From Narcine bancroftii (Eukaryota), in assembly GCF_036971445.1 (NCBI RefSeq), contig NC_091473.1, positions 207,638,001 to 207,702,000 of the forward strand: a stretch of 64,000 bases of DNA, given 5' to 3'. Each line of letters opens with the position of its first letter. The first letter of the stretch is position 1. The position numbers and the translations under genes were made by a program. The notes beneath the pieces are model-generated. The model was not told the origin of the DNA, did no database searches, and saw only the letters and a program-made list of their open reading frames with translations. Below, one piece after another: positions 26,618-37,324 of the stretch.

Positions 26618-27254
26618 CTGCAGGTGAGAAATAGAAAACTTACAAACTGGACTATGTCTGGTGTCAGCGGGCTTCTCCACTTCGGCCCAGACTTGAATGA
26701 CAGCTGCATCTGCAGTGAACTGAACATTAGAATGAAACCATCTTTTCTGACTGCCTTGACTGAGTAAACGGAATTGAACACCAGGAACTCATATCCTTGG
26801 GAACCTGTCGGCTTTTGACAGGGACAGTGAGATAGTTGTAAACTGAATGGCATTTAGTTGCTGCAGGGTCAACAAGTGCATTCACCTGGATGTGAGATGC
26901 AGTTTCTGACCAAAGGAAACATTGCACAAATTCATCTTGCCTTGGTGCCTCTGTGGGACTGTGGACCACTTATTGACATTGTGCCTACTGAATCAGCGAG
27001 GCCTCTCCTCTCTGTTCAGACTGAACCTGGGATTCTTCTGGTATGAAAACATTGGTGCTGACATTCAGATCTTCCTTGACCATGCCTCTTGCCATCTCAG
27101 TATGTTTGACCAAATCAGTGCTTGGAATATTACAATTTTCTGCAGCGTGGGAGTGTGGCAACTTTTTGTGACCTGCTTCAAATATCTTTAACAATATTTC
27201 TGGGCACCAATTAATTCCTGGACATACCAGATGACAGGTGTGTACGTATGAAGC

Positions 27255-27950
27255 AGGAGCAAAGGTCGACTATTTGGCCTGTGATACCTGCACCCTCAAC
27301 CAATAAGATCATGTCGGATCAGTTCCACATACCTGCCTTTCACCCATTAGCCCTGATTCCCCAACAATGCAAAAATCTATTGAACTGTCTTAATTACATC
27401 GAATGAACAAGTCTCCAAAACTGCCCAGGGCAGAGAATTCCACGGATTCGCTACTTGATGTGAAAACCACTTCCTCATCATCTCAATCCTAAATATATTC
27501 CTATCCCTTTCCGATTTCAAATTTCCTCATAATATTTCTGTAAGACTCCTTCTCATTCTTCTCTCTTCCAGCGTGTATAGTCCCAAGCAACTCAATCTCC
27601 ACCCCTAGTTTTCCCTCCATTATCTACAGACTCAACCTGATGAGCCTCCTTTGCACCGCTTTCTGCCAGGATAACATTTCTCACGTAAGGAGACCAGAAC
27701 CTTACCCAATACTCCAGCGGCGGCCTCACCAATAGCCTGTCCAGTTGCAGCAGAATCTCCCTGTTCTTCATTTCAATCCCTCCAGCAATGAACCCGCATC
27801 CCATTGACCTTCTTAATGACCTGTTGTACCTTAACACCAAGCTTCGGCGATTCATGCACAAGCACTTCCAAGTCCATCTGCACAGCAGTATGCTGCAAAC
27901 GTTAACCATTTAAAGAATAATTTGATCAACTATATTTTTCTTCCACTGTG
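27255..27950 (-). mobile_element. CR1-like LINE 3' fragment
   Basis: Encodes REILLQLDRLLVRPPLEYWVRFWSPY. Confidence 0.75.
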
Positions 27951-28616
27951 AATGACCTTGGTCATAGCAGGGTCTGTGAGATAGTTGCAAGCTGAGTGAC
28001 CTTTAGCTTCCCTAATGCAATAAGTGCAATCTCCAGCAGATGTAGTTTCTGGACTGGCTACCATGTGACTCTAGAACCATGTGACTGTCCTCAGAATGAA
28101 CAACAGCAAGTGCTCACCTCAAGGATAGGTCAGGGTGGGCATGAAATGATGACCTTGCCACTGAGGTCCAAATGGTGTGAATGATTCAAATGGTTTTAAT
28201 CACATTTTTGAGAAGCTGACCTCAGTCTTGGGATCAGGTTTTTATGTGAAATACTTGCTATGTTTGGTGCACCAAGGAACATAAGAATTGAGCCTGTTCC
28301 ACCATTCAACAAGATTATTGCTGATCTGGTCCTAGAATTAGTTCCAAATACCTACCTGTTCCCCATAACCCCCTTGATTCCCCCACAATGCAAAACTCTG
28401 TCTTGAATATATCTAATGAGCAGGTCTCTACAATTTCCTTGGGCAGGGAATTCCACCGATTTTCTCCACTCTCAGAAAAGCAGATCCTCATTATCAATTA
28501 CAACCTTGGATGTCATTAGGTTCGATTTTTTTTCTTTCCCTTTTTTCTCTTTCTTTATTCTTTATGCAACTCTTTGTACAAATTCATATTGGATTGGGAG
28601 TTAAGAGCAAGTATTA

Positions 28617-30368
28617 AAAAGGGCACAAGGTGTAGGCCAAGCAACTATAGGCTAGTACATTTGATATCGGTGGTGGAGAAACTAATGGAAGGAATTCTTA
28701 GGGATAATATGTATAAATATCTGGATGGGCAAGGATTGATCAGGGACTCTCAATATCAGTTTGTCAGGGGAAAGTCGTGTTTGACAAATCTTGTTGAATT
28801 TTTTGAAGAGGTGACCAGAAAGGTTGATGAAGGTAGAGCAGTTGATCTGGTGTATTTGGATTGTAGTAAGGCTTTTGATTAAGTTCCACGTGGAAGGTTA
28901 GTGAAGAAGGTTCAATCGCTAGGGACTAATATAGAGATAGACAGATGGGTTTAGCGGTGGCTAGAAGATAGGCACCAGAGATTAATGGTGGACAACTGTC
29001 TGTCAGGATGGAGGCCAGTGACGAGCGGTGTGCCTCAGGAATCGGTGTTGGGTCCTTTGTTGTTCGTCATTTATATTAATGATTTGGATGACAGGGTGGT
29101 AAACTGGGTGAATAAATATGCAGACAATACAGAAATAGGGGGAGTTGTGGATAGTGAGGAGGATTTCCATGGACTACAGAATTATTTGGACTGTTTGGAA
29201 TGGTGGGCTGAAAGGTAGCAGATGGAGTTTAATGTAGACAAGTTTGAGTTGCTTCATTTTGGGAAAAATAACCAAAATAGGACGACGCATGCAGTGAAGG
29301 GGATTGAGGAATGCTGAGGAACAGAGAGATCTTGGAATAACGGTTCAGCATTCCTTAAAGGTGGATTCCCATGTAGATAGGGTAGTGAAGAAGGCTTTTG
29401 GTATGCTGGCCTTTATAAATCATAGCATATGGTAGCATAGCATAGCTCCATATAGGAGCTGGGAGGTGATGTTCAGACTGTTTAAGGCATTGGTGAGGCC
29501 AAGTGTGGAGTATTGTGTTCAGTTCTGGTTGCCAAATTCTAGGAATTTATAGAATTATTTATAGAAATATAAATAAGGTAGAAAGGGTGCAAAGAAGGTT
29601 TACAAAAATGTTGCCTGGATTGGAGTATCTTGAATACGGAGAAAGATTGAGTAGACTGGGACTTTATTCGTTGGAGCGTAGAAGGTTGAGAGGGGATTTG
29701 ATCGAGTTTTTGAAAGTTATGAAGGGAATAGATAGAGTAGATGTGAATAGGCTCTTTCCCCTGAGGGTAGGGGAGATGGGAACAAGGGGTTATAAGTTAA
29801 GGGTTAGGGGGGAAATTTTTAGGAGTAATTGTGGTGGTACACCACCGGCCTACTGCAGGGGCAACCTCTGTACCTGCAGAAGTGTGAGGGGACAGGACAA
29901 CACCTGGCTGGCTATCAATCTGTCGGCCTGAATGGATCAAGATCCACCCAGTCGGGTGTCAATCATCCTCCGGGATATAAGCCTGCGCCGGCCTCCCGAG
30001 GCCTCACTCAGAGTTGCTACAGCTAGAGCCAGCCTGGCTCTGTGGAAGTCTTTGTGGATTAAAGCCTGTTGTACAGTCTTTACCTTTGTGTGTGTCTGAT
30101 TCTGGCTATCAGCGCACCACAGTAATATAAGAGGATGCTTCTTCACTCAGAGAGTGGTGGTTTAGTGGAATGATCTACTGGAAAAGTAGTTGCTGCAGGG
30201 TTAATTTTGTCATTTAAGAGGAGGCTAAATGAGTACATGGATGTGAGGGGATTGGAGGGTAATGGGCATGGTAGTAGATAGGTGGAACTAGTGGAGTTTC
30301 ACATAAATCGGTGCAGACTAGAAGGACCAATATGGCCTGTTTCCGTACTGTAAATTGTTATATGCTTA
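28617..30368 (+). mobile_element. 5'-truncated CR1 LINE
   Basis: RT motifs KSCLTNL.EFFEEVT, SGVPQESVLGPLLF, ERVQRRFTKM, LERRRLRGDLIE. TSD TATTA at 28612-28616 and 30369-30373; empty site in copy A at ~21510. Confidence 0.9.
29830..30121 (+). mobile_element. Solo LTR (related to the Gypsy LTR at 7395) inside the CR1
   Basis: TGTGGTG...GCACCACA with perfect 5-bp TSD GTAAT. Shares GCCTACTGCAGGGG..CTCTGTACCTGCAG and CACCTGGCTGGCT with the 7395 LTR. Confidence 0.9.
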
Positions 30369-32156
30369 TATTATTGTCATAATATGTGCTATAATCTTTA
30401 ATGTGTAATAGTCTCATGCGATCAATTTATTATACATTTGTTTTGTTTTTCTGATAAAACAATAAAAATAACATAAAAAGAATATATCTAATGAGTAGGT
30501 CTCCACATCTTCCTTGGACAGGGAATTCCACAGATTTGCTACACTCTCTGAAAAGCAGATCCTCATCATCTCTCTCTCTTCAATTCCCCCAAGTCTTCAT
30601 GATATGTTCCCTGTTCGAATTTCACCTCCCAGAAGAAAAACTTTCCTGCCACTGTTATCTATCCCTTTGACAATTTTGCACATTTCGAAAAGATCCCCTC
30701 TCATTTTTCTTAATTCCAGTGAACACAATTCTCTCTGCAAAAAGGAGTTAATCCTCAGTGGCTGCCACGACGTGACAAACACATACCTTTGTTGTGAACA
30801 TCTTGATTGTTGTGTGTAACTGTGGTTGGTTAAGTGTTAAATGTGGAGAGGGTATAGCAGGGTGGGGGGGGGGGTGTGGGGGCGGTGTGAAAGGGATCGA
30901 GAAAACTTGAACTCAATAACTGTTCAATTCAGAAAATTATAAATAGAATATTAAAAGAAAAGGAGTTAATCCACACTTATATCTTAATTGACTACCCCGA
31001 ACGTTGAGGTTAGGCTCCCCCTACTAGAGGAAATAAATTTCCTGCCACATCTGATCAATCCCTTTCATAATTTTACCTTTCTGTAAGATCCCCTCTCATT
31101 CTTCTTAATTCCAGTGAGTATAGTCCCAGCAACTCAATCTCCCCTTACAGGCTGAACCTTTCTTTGATGGAATCAACCTGATGAACCACCGCTTCCAATC
31201 CAGTATAGTCTTTTTCATATACAGAGACTCAAACTCCAGGTGCAGCTTCACCTGAACCCTGTTCAGCTACAGCAGATCCTACCTCTCTTCAATTCAGTCC
31301 CTCCGGAAGTGAAGGCCCGCATCATCCCATTTCCCTTCTTCATTACCTCTTGCAGCTGCAAATTAACCTTTGTGATTCATTCACAATCACTGCCAACTCC
31401 CTCTGGATCAGAGCATAAGGTAAATATTCACCATTAAAAAAAATAACCTGATCTATTATTTTCTTCCACTGTGAATGACCTCAGATTTTACAACTTTGTC
31501 CCACCTGACAGACCCTTCTCCACTCATTGACTAGTCTCTCTCTCTCTTCAGACTCTGCATCCTTTCCACAATTTTCTCCTGTACATATGGGCGACATGGT
31601 TAGCGTAGCAGTTAGCGCATTGCCTTTAGAGTGCCAGCGATTGAGACCGGGGTTAAAATCCTGGGCTGTCTGTAAGGAGTTTGCAAGTTCTGCTCATGTC
31701 TGCATGGTTTTTTCCTGAGGCTCCAGTTTCTACCCACTCTTTGAAATGTACCAGGGATGTAGGTTCATTGGGGGTAAATTGGGTGCCAAGGGCTTGTGAC
31801 CGAAATGGCCTGTTTCTGTGCTGTGTGCCTCTATATCTCAATTTTGTGTCATCAACAGGCTTTGATACAGAGCACTCGGTCCCTTACTTAAATTATTCTT
31901 GCATATCATGGGCCCAGTATCAACCCCTGTTGCAAACTGCCAATAGATAACACCCATTTATCTGAATCTTCTGTTTTCTTTTGGGAAACCAATCCTCTAT
32001 GCATCCTAATATCTTATGCCCCAATTTCAAGCATCCTTATCCTCTGGGTGTCTTTTTTGTGGCACATTATTGAATGCCTTCTTGAAGCCCAAGTCCCCAA
32101 CATCCACCTATTCTCTTTGATCCATTGCTTTCATTACATCCTCAAAGAACTTCAGG

Positions 32157-32393
32157 GTTGCACAGTTAGCGTAACGCTCTGACAGCTGCAGAGATTGGGA
32201 CCAGGGTTCAAAACCCGCGTGGTCTAAAAGGAGTTTGTATGTTCTCCCTGTATCTGCGTGGGTTTCATCCCAGTGCTCTGGTTTCCTTCCACAGTTTAAA
32301 AAAGTACCAAAGATTGTAGGTCAATTGGGTGTAGTCAAGCAGCACAGGTCCAGGTGCTGAAAGGGCCTTTTATCGCGCTGTATCTCTAAATTT
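32157..32393 (+). mobile_element. tRNA-derived V-SINE (HE1-like); further copies near 5741, 17150, 23170, 31590, 51738, 62736
   Basis: A/B-box-like head, core AGGAGTTTGTA.GTTCTCCC.GT.TCTGCGTGGGTTT...CTC.GGTTTCCT.CCAC, and tail TGTATCTCTAAATTT. Confidence 0.8.
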
Positions 32394-35300
32394 GCAGGCG
32401 GCGGCCTCGGCCCCGGTCCGGGCAGTATGGACCGACCTAGGAGGGGAGGCAGGCCCCTCCAGCCCGGGTAAGAAACCTGCATAGGAGAAGGCCACTCCGA
32501 TATAAAACCTACGACCCAAGGACCTCGCTGCCACGTCCCAGCTTGCTTGGCCACGGCACACGAACCATGGGTGTAAAGGGTGGGGCCAGTACTGCGCGCA
32601 CTGCACTCCACCTAAAAGCTCCTTTGCGCAGGCCCGAGGACAGGTCCACGTCCTCCCCCTCCACGTCCTCCCCCTCCACGTCCTCCCCCTCAAAAGATGC
32701 TCACAAACTCAGGCTAGCATGCTGGAACATCAGAACCATGCTAGACAAGGCTGACAGCCACCGACCTGAACGTCGGTCTGCCCTCATTGCACATGAACTC
32801 CTCAGACTTGACATCGACATAGCCGCTCTCAGTGAAGTCCGCCTGGCAGATGTAGGCAGCCTCCGAGAACGCGGCGCGGGCTACACACTCTACTGGTCTG
32901 GCAAGCCTTTGGATGAACGACGCCTATCTGGTGTAGGCTTCATGGTCAAGAGCTTCATTGCCTCCAAACTCGAAAACCTTCCGACAGGCCTCTCGGACCG
33001 AATCATGTCCATGCGACTCCCACTTCAAAACAAGCGTCACATCACCCTCATCAGTGTCTATGCTCCAACCCTCCAGGCGGAACCAGCAGAAAAGAACAAG
33101 TTCTACACCGACCTGCGCAACCTCATCCAACGTACCCCTACAGCCGACAAGGTTGTCATCCTGGGCGACTTCAACGCTCGTGTCGGCAAAGACTCAGAAA
33201 CCTGGCCAGGAATCCTGGGCAAGCATGGCGTCGGCAAGTGCAACGACAATGGGCGCCTCCTGTTGGAGCTCTGCGCAGAACAGCGACTTGTCATTACAAA
33301 CACCCTTTTTCAGCAGAGGGACAGCCTTAAGACCACCTGGATGCATCCCCGATCCAAACACTGGCACCTCCTGGACTACATCCTGGTGCGAGAAAGTGAC
33401 AAACAAGATGTGCTCCACACCAGGGTCATGCCTAGCGCGGAATGCCACACTGACCACCGGCTGGTTCGCTGCAAGCTCAACCTTCACTTCAAGCCAAAGC
33501 CCAGGAACAATAAAGCCCCCAGAAAGAGGTTCAATGTTGGAAACCTGCAGTCAGACGAAGCGAGAGGAAACTTCCAGGCAAACCTCAAAGCAAAGCTCGA
33601 CGTTGCAACCCGCCTCACGGACCCGTCCCCTGAAACCCTCTGGGATCAGTTGAAGACTACCATACTGCAATCCACTGAAGAGGTACTGGGCTTCTCCTCC
33701 AGGAAAAACAAGGACTGGTTTGACGAAAACAGCCAGGAAATCCAGGAGCTGCTGGCAAAGAAGCGAGCTGCCCACCAGTCTCACCTTACAAAGCCGTCCT
33801 GTCCAGAGAAGAAACAAGCCTTCCGTCGCGCATGCAGCCATCTTCAGCGCAAACTCCGGGAGATCCAAAATGAGTGGTGGACTAGCCTCGCCAAACGAAC
33901 ACAGCTCAGCGCGGACATTGGCGACTTCGGGTGTTTCTACGAGGCTCTAAAGGCTGTGTACGGCCCCTCACCCCAAGTCCAAAGCCCGCTGCGCAGCTCA
34001 GACGGCAAAGTCCTCCTCAGCGACAAGATCTCCATCCTCAACCGATGGTCAGAACACTTCCAATCTCTTTTCAGTGCCAACCGCTCAGTCCAAGATTCCG
34101 CCCTGCTCCAGCTCCCTCAACAGCCCCTAAGGCAAGAGCTGGATGAGGTTCCCACCCTGGATGAGACATATAAGGCAATCGAACAACTGAAAAGTGGCAA
34201 AGCAGCAGGTATGGATGGAATCCCCCCAGAAGTCTGGAAGGCTGGCGGCAAAACTCTGCATGCCAAACTGCATGAGTTTTTCAAGCTTTGTTGGGACCAA
34301 GGTAAACTGCCTCAGGATCTTCGTGATGCCACCATCATCACCCTGTACAAAAACAAAGGCGAGAAATCAGACTGCTCAAACTACAGGGGAATCACGTTGC
34401 TCTCCATTGCAGGCAAAATCTTCGCTAGGATTCTACTAAATAGAATAATACCTAGTGTCGCCGAGAATATTCTCCCAGGATCACAGTGCGGCTTTCGCGC
34501 AAACAGAGGAACCACTGACATGGTCTTTGCCCTCAGACAGCTCCAAGAAAAGTGCAGAGAACAAAACAAAGGACTCTACATCACCTTTGTTGACCTCACC
34601 AAAGCCTTCGACACCGTGAGCAGGAAAGGGCTTTGGCAAATACTAGAGCGCATCGGTTGTCCCCCAAAGTTCCTCAACATGATTATCCAACTGCACGAAA
34701 ACCAACAAGGTCGGGTCAGATACAGCAATGAGCTCTCTGAACCCTTCTCCATTAACAATGGCGTGAAGCAAGGCTGTGTTCTCGCACCAACCCTCTTTTA
34801 AATCTTCTTCAGCATGATGCTGAACCAAGCCATGAAAGACCCCAACAATGAAGACGCTGTTTACATCCGGTACCGCACGGATGGCAGTCTCTTCAATCTG
34901 AGGCGCCTGCAAGCTCACACCAAGACACAAGAGAAACTTGTCCGTGAACTACTCTTTGCAGATGATGCCGCTTTAGTTGCCCATTCAGAGCCAGCTCTTC
35001 AGCGCTTGACGTCCTGCTTTGCGGAAACTGCCAAAATGTTTGGCCTGGAAGTCAGCCTGAAGAAAACTGAGGTCCTCCATCAGCCAGCTCCCCACCATGA
35101 CTACCAGCCCCCCCACATCTCCATCGGGCACACAAAACTCAAAACGGTCAACCAGTTTACCTATCTCGGCTGCACCATTTCATCAGATGCAAGGATCGAC
35201 AATGAGATAGACAACAGACTCGCCAAGGCAAATAGCGCCTTTGGAAGACTACACAAAAGAGTCTGGAAAAACAACCAACTGAAAAACCTCACAAAGATAA

Positions 35301-35949
35301 GCGTATACAGAGCCGTTGTCATACCCACACTCCTGTTCGGCTCCGAATCATGGGTCCTCTACCGGCACCACCTATGGCTCCTAGAACGCTTTCACCAGCG
35401 TTGTCTCCGCTCCATCCTCAACATCCATTGGAGCGCTTACACCCCTAACGTCGAAGTACTCGAGATGGCAGAGGTCGACAGCATCGAGTCCACGCTGCTG
35501 AAGATCCAGCTGCGCTGGATGGGTCACGTCTCCAGAATGGAGGACCATCGCCTTCCCAAGATCGTGTTATATGGCGAGCTCTCCACTGGCCATCGTGACA
35601 GAGGTGCACCAAAGAAAAGGTACAAGGACTGCCTAAAGAAATCTCTTGGTGCCTGCCACATTGACCACCGCCAGTGGGCTGATAATGCCTCAAACCGTGC
35701 ATCTTGGCGCCTCACAGTTTGGCGGGCAGCAACCTCCTTTGAAGAAGACCGCAGAGCCCACCTCACTGACAAAAGGCAAAGGAGGAAAAACCCAACACCC
35801 AACCCCAACCAACCAATTTTCCCTTGCAACCGCTGCAATCCTGTCTGCCTGTCCCGCATCGGACTTGTCAGCCACAAACGAGCCTGCAGCTGACGTGGAC
35901 TTTTTACCCCCTCCATAAATCTTCGTCCGCGAAGCCAAGCCAAAGAAAA
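32394..35949 (+). mobile_element. Near full-length RTE-clade LINE
   Basis: 12-bp TSD ATCTCTAAATTT at 32382-32393 and 35950-35961. ORF from ATG 32567 to 35893 with APE endonuclease (CWNIRT, LGDFNARVG, TDH), RT (FVDLTKAFD, QGCVLAP, FADD) and a C-terminal zinc finger. Confidence 0.95.
32567..35893 (+). pseudogene. RTE endonuclease/reverse transcriptase ORF with one premature stop at 34799-34801
   Basis: ORFs 32543-34801 and 34814-35893 are in the same frame, separated only by TAA in PTLF*IFFS. Confidence 0.9.
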
Positions 35950-36199
35950 ATCTCTAAATTTAAATTTGAAATTTAAATCAGCTACTTGATGGTTATTCAT
36001 TGCCCCATCACAATAAGACTCATACTGGAGACTAAAGGAACTTTTAGGTTGCCAAAATCCCCCTATGTAAAGCCACATATTATGCCCATATGTGTCTGTC
36101 AGGAGGCCACTTGAAAGCACAGGAGGTGGATGTGAGGCAAACTTTGTAACCCTCCTCCAGGAGGGATAGTCGCCGGAGTACTGAGGACCCCCGGCACCT

Positions 36200-37310
36200 G
36201 AATGCAGCCGCCTGAAAGCGAATGCTGAGGGGATGACAATATGCTGGTGAGCGCTTGACAGCTCCCCTCGCTGCTGCCCTGCCCGCTGGCACAGGACGTC
36301 AGGGCAGGGGCAGTGGGCATGGGCTGTCAGTGCTGGGGCAGCCAGCACGGTCAGTCAGGGTTGAGGTGACCGGCGCGGTCAGTCAGGGTTGAGATGACCA
36401 ACGCGGGCTGTAGGGGTTGTAGGGCTGTAGTGGTTGGGGAGGACGGCGCGGGCTTTAGTGGTTGGATTGGCCGGTGCGGGCTGTAGTGGTTGGGCCTGCC
36501 AGTATGGGCTGTCCCTATACTGATCCCACTTATGTGGGACAGATTAATTTGTTGCTTTCCAATGCAGCCACCGAACACCAAATGTTTGTTGATAATCTGC
36601 CCACAGCCACGCCAAACCTTGAGTGCTCTCCCCACAGCCCTTAATCAGTCCCAACACTGTGGGGCGGCCGGTGTGGGCAGAGCAGTGGGATCAGTGTGGG
36701 GACCAACATGTGGCTATGGGGAGAGAGCAGAGCAGTGGGATCAGTCTGGGGACCGACATGGGGCTAGTTTAATTGGACGGTAATGTTTGGTGCACACATT
36801 GTGGCCAAATGGGCTATTTCTGTGCTGTCCTGTTCTTTGTTTTAGATATTCATTATATTTAGTGTTTGCATTTCTCTTTGATAAACTAGCTGGGTTTTTA
36901 TTTGCCACCGTGATGTCTTTTGCTAACTGGTTCATGTGTAAATTCTTCTGTACCATATATTTTTCCTAATGCCTCTGCTAGTTCAAACTCTCTGCCGGTC
37001 TGATTCCTCTCAGAGCACTGAAGGTTTGACTTGGCTGTCGGCAGATTCTCAACAAACATTTGGTGCTCGGTGTCTGCATTGGAAAGCAACAAGTTAATCT
37101 GTCCCTCATAAGTGGGATCAGTATGGCAACAGCCCACGCCGGCCACCCCAGCGCTGACAGTCTGCGCTGCCCACCCCAAACCCTGTAGACCACCCCACCT
37201 CTGACAGCCTGCCGCCCCAACCCTGACAGCCCGAAGGGACAGGAGCCAGAGTGTGCTCCGAGGCACCTCCCTTGCAGCTTTCCCTTTCAGATGGCCAGCG
37301 CTGCACTTTC
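36200..37310. repeat. Imperfect inverted repeat pair
   Basis: 36490-36630 (ATACTGATCCCACTTATG..GGACAGATTAA..TGTTGCTTTCCAATGCAG..ACCGA.CACCAAATGTTTGTTGA) is the reverse complement of 37012-37150. Weaker similarity extends outward. Confidence 0.8.
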
Positions 37311-37324
37311 AATCGCAATAGATA

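Larger units (their letters stand above)
28281..31825 (+). repeat. Segmental duplication copy B (paralog of 21178-23400), interrupted by a CR1 and a solo LTR
   Basis: Colinear with copy A on both sides of the 28617-30368 insertion. Confidence 0.9.
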
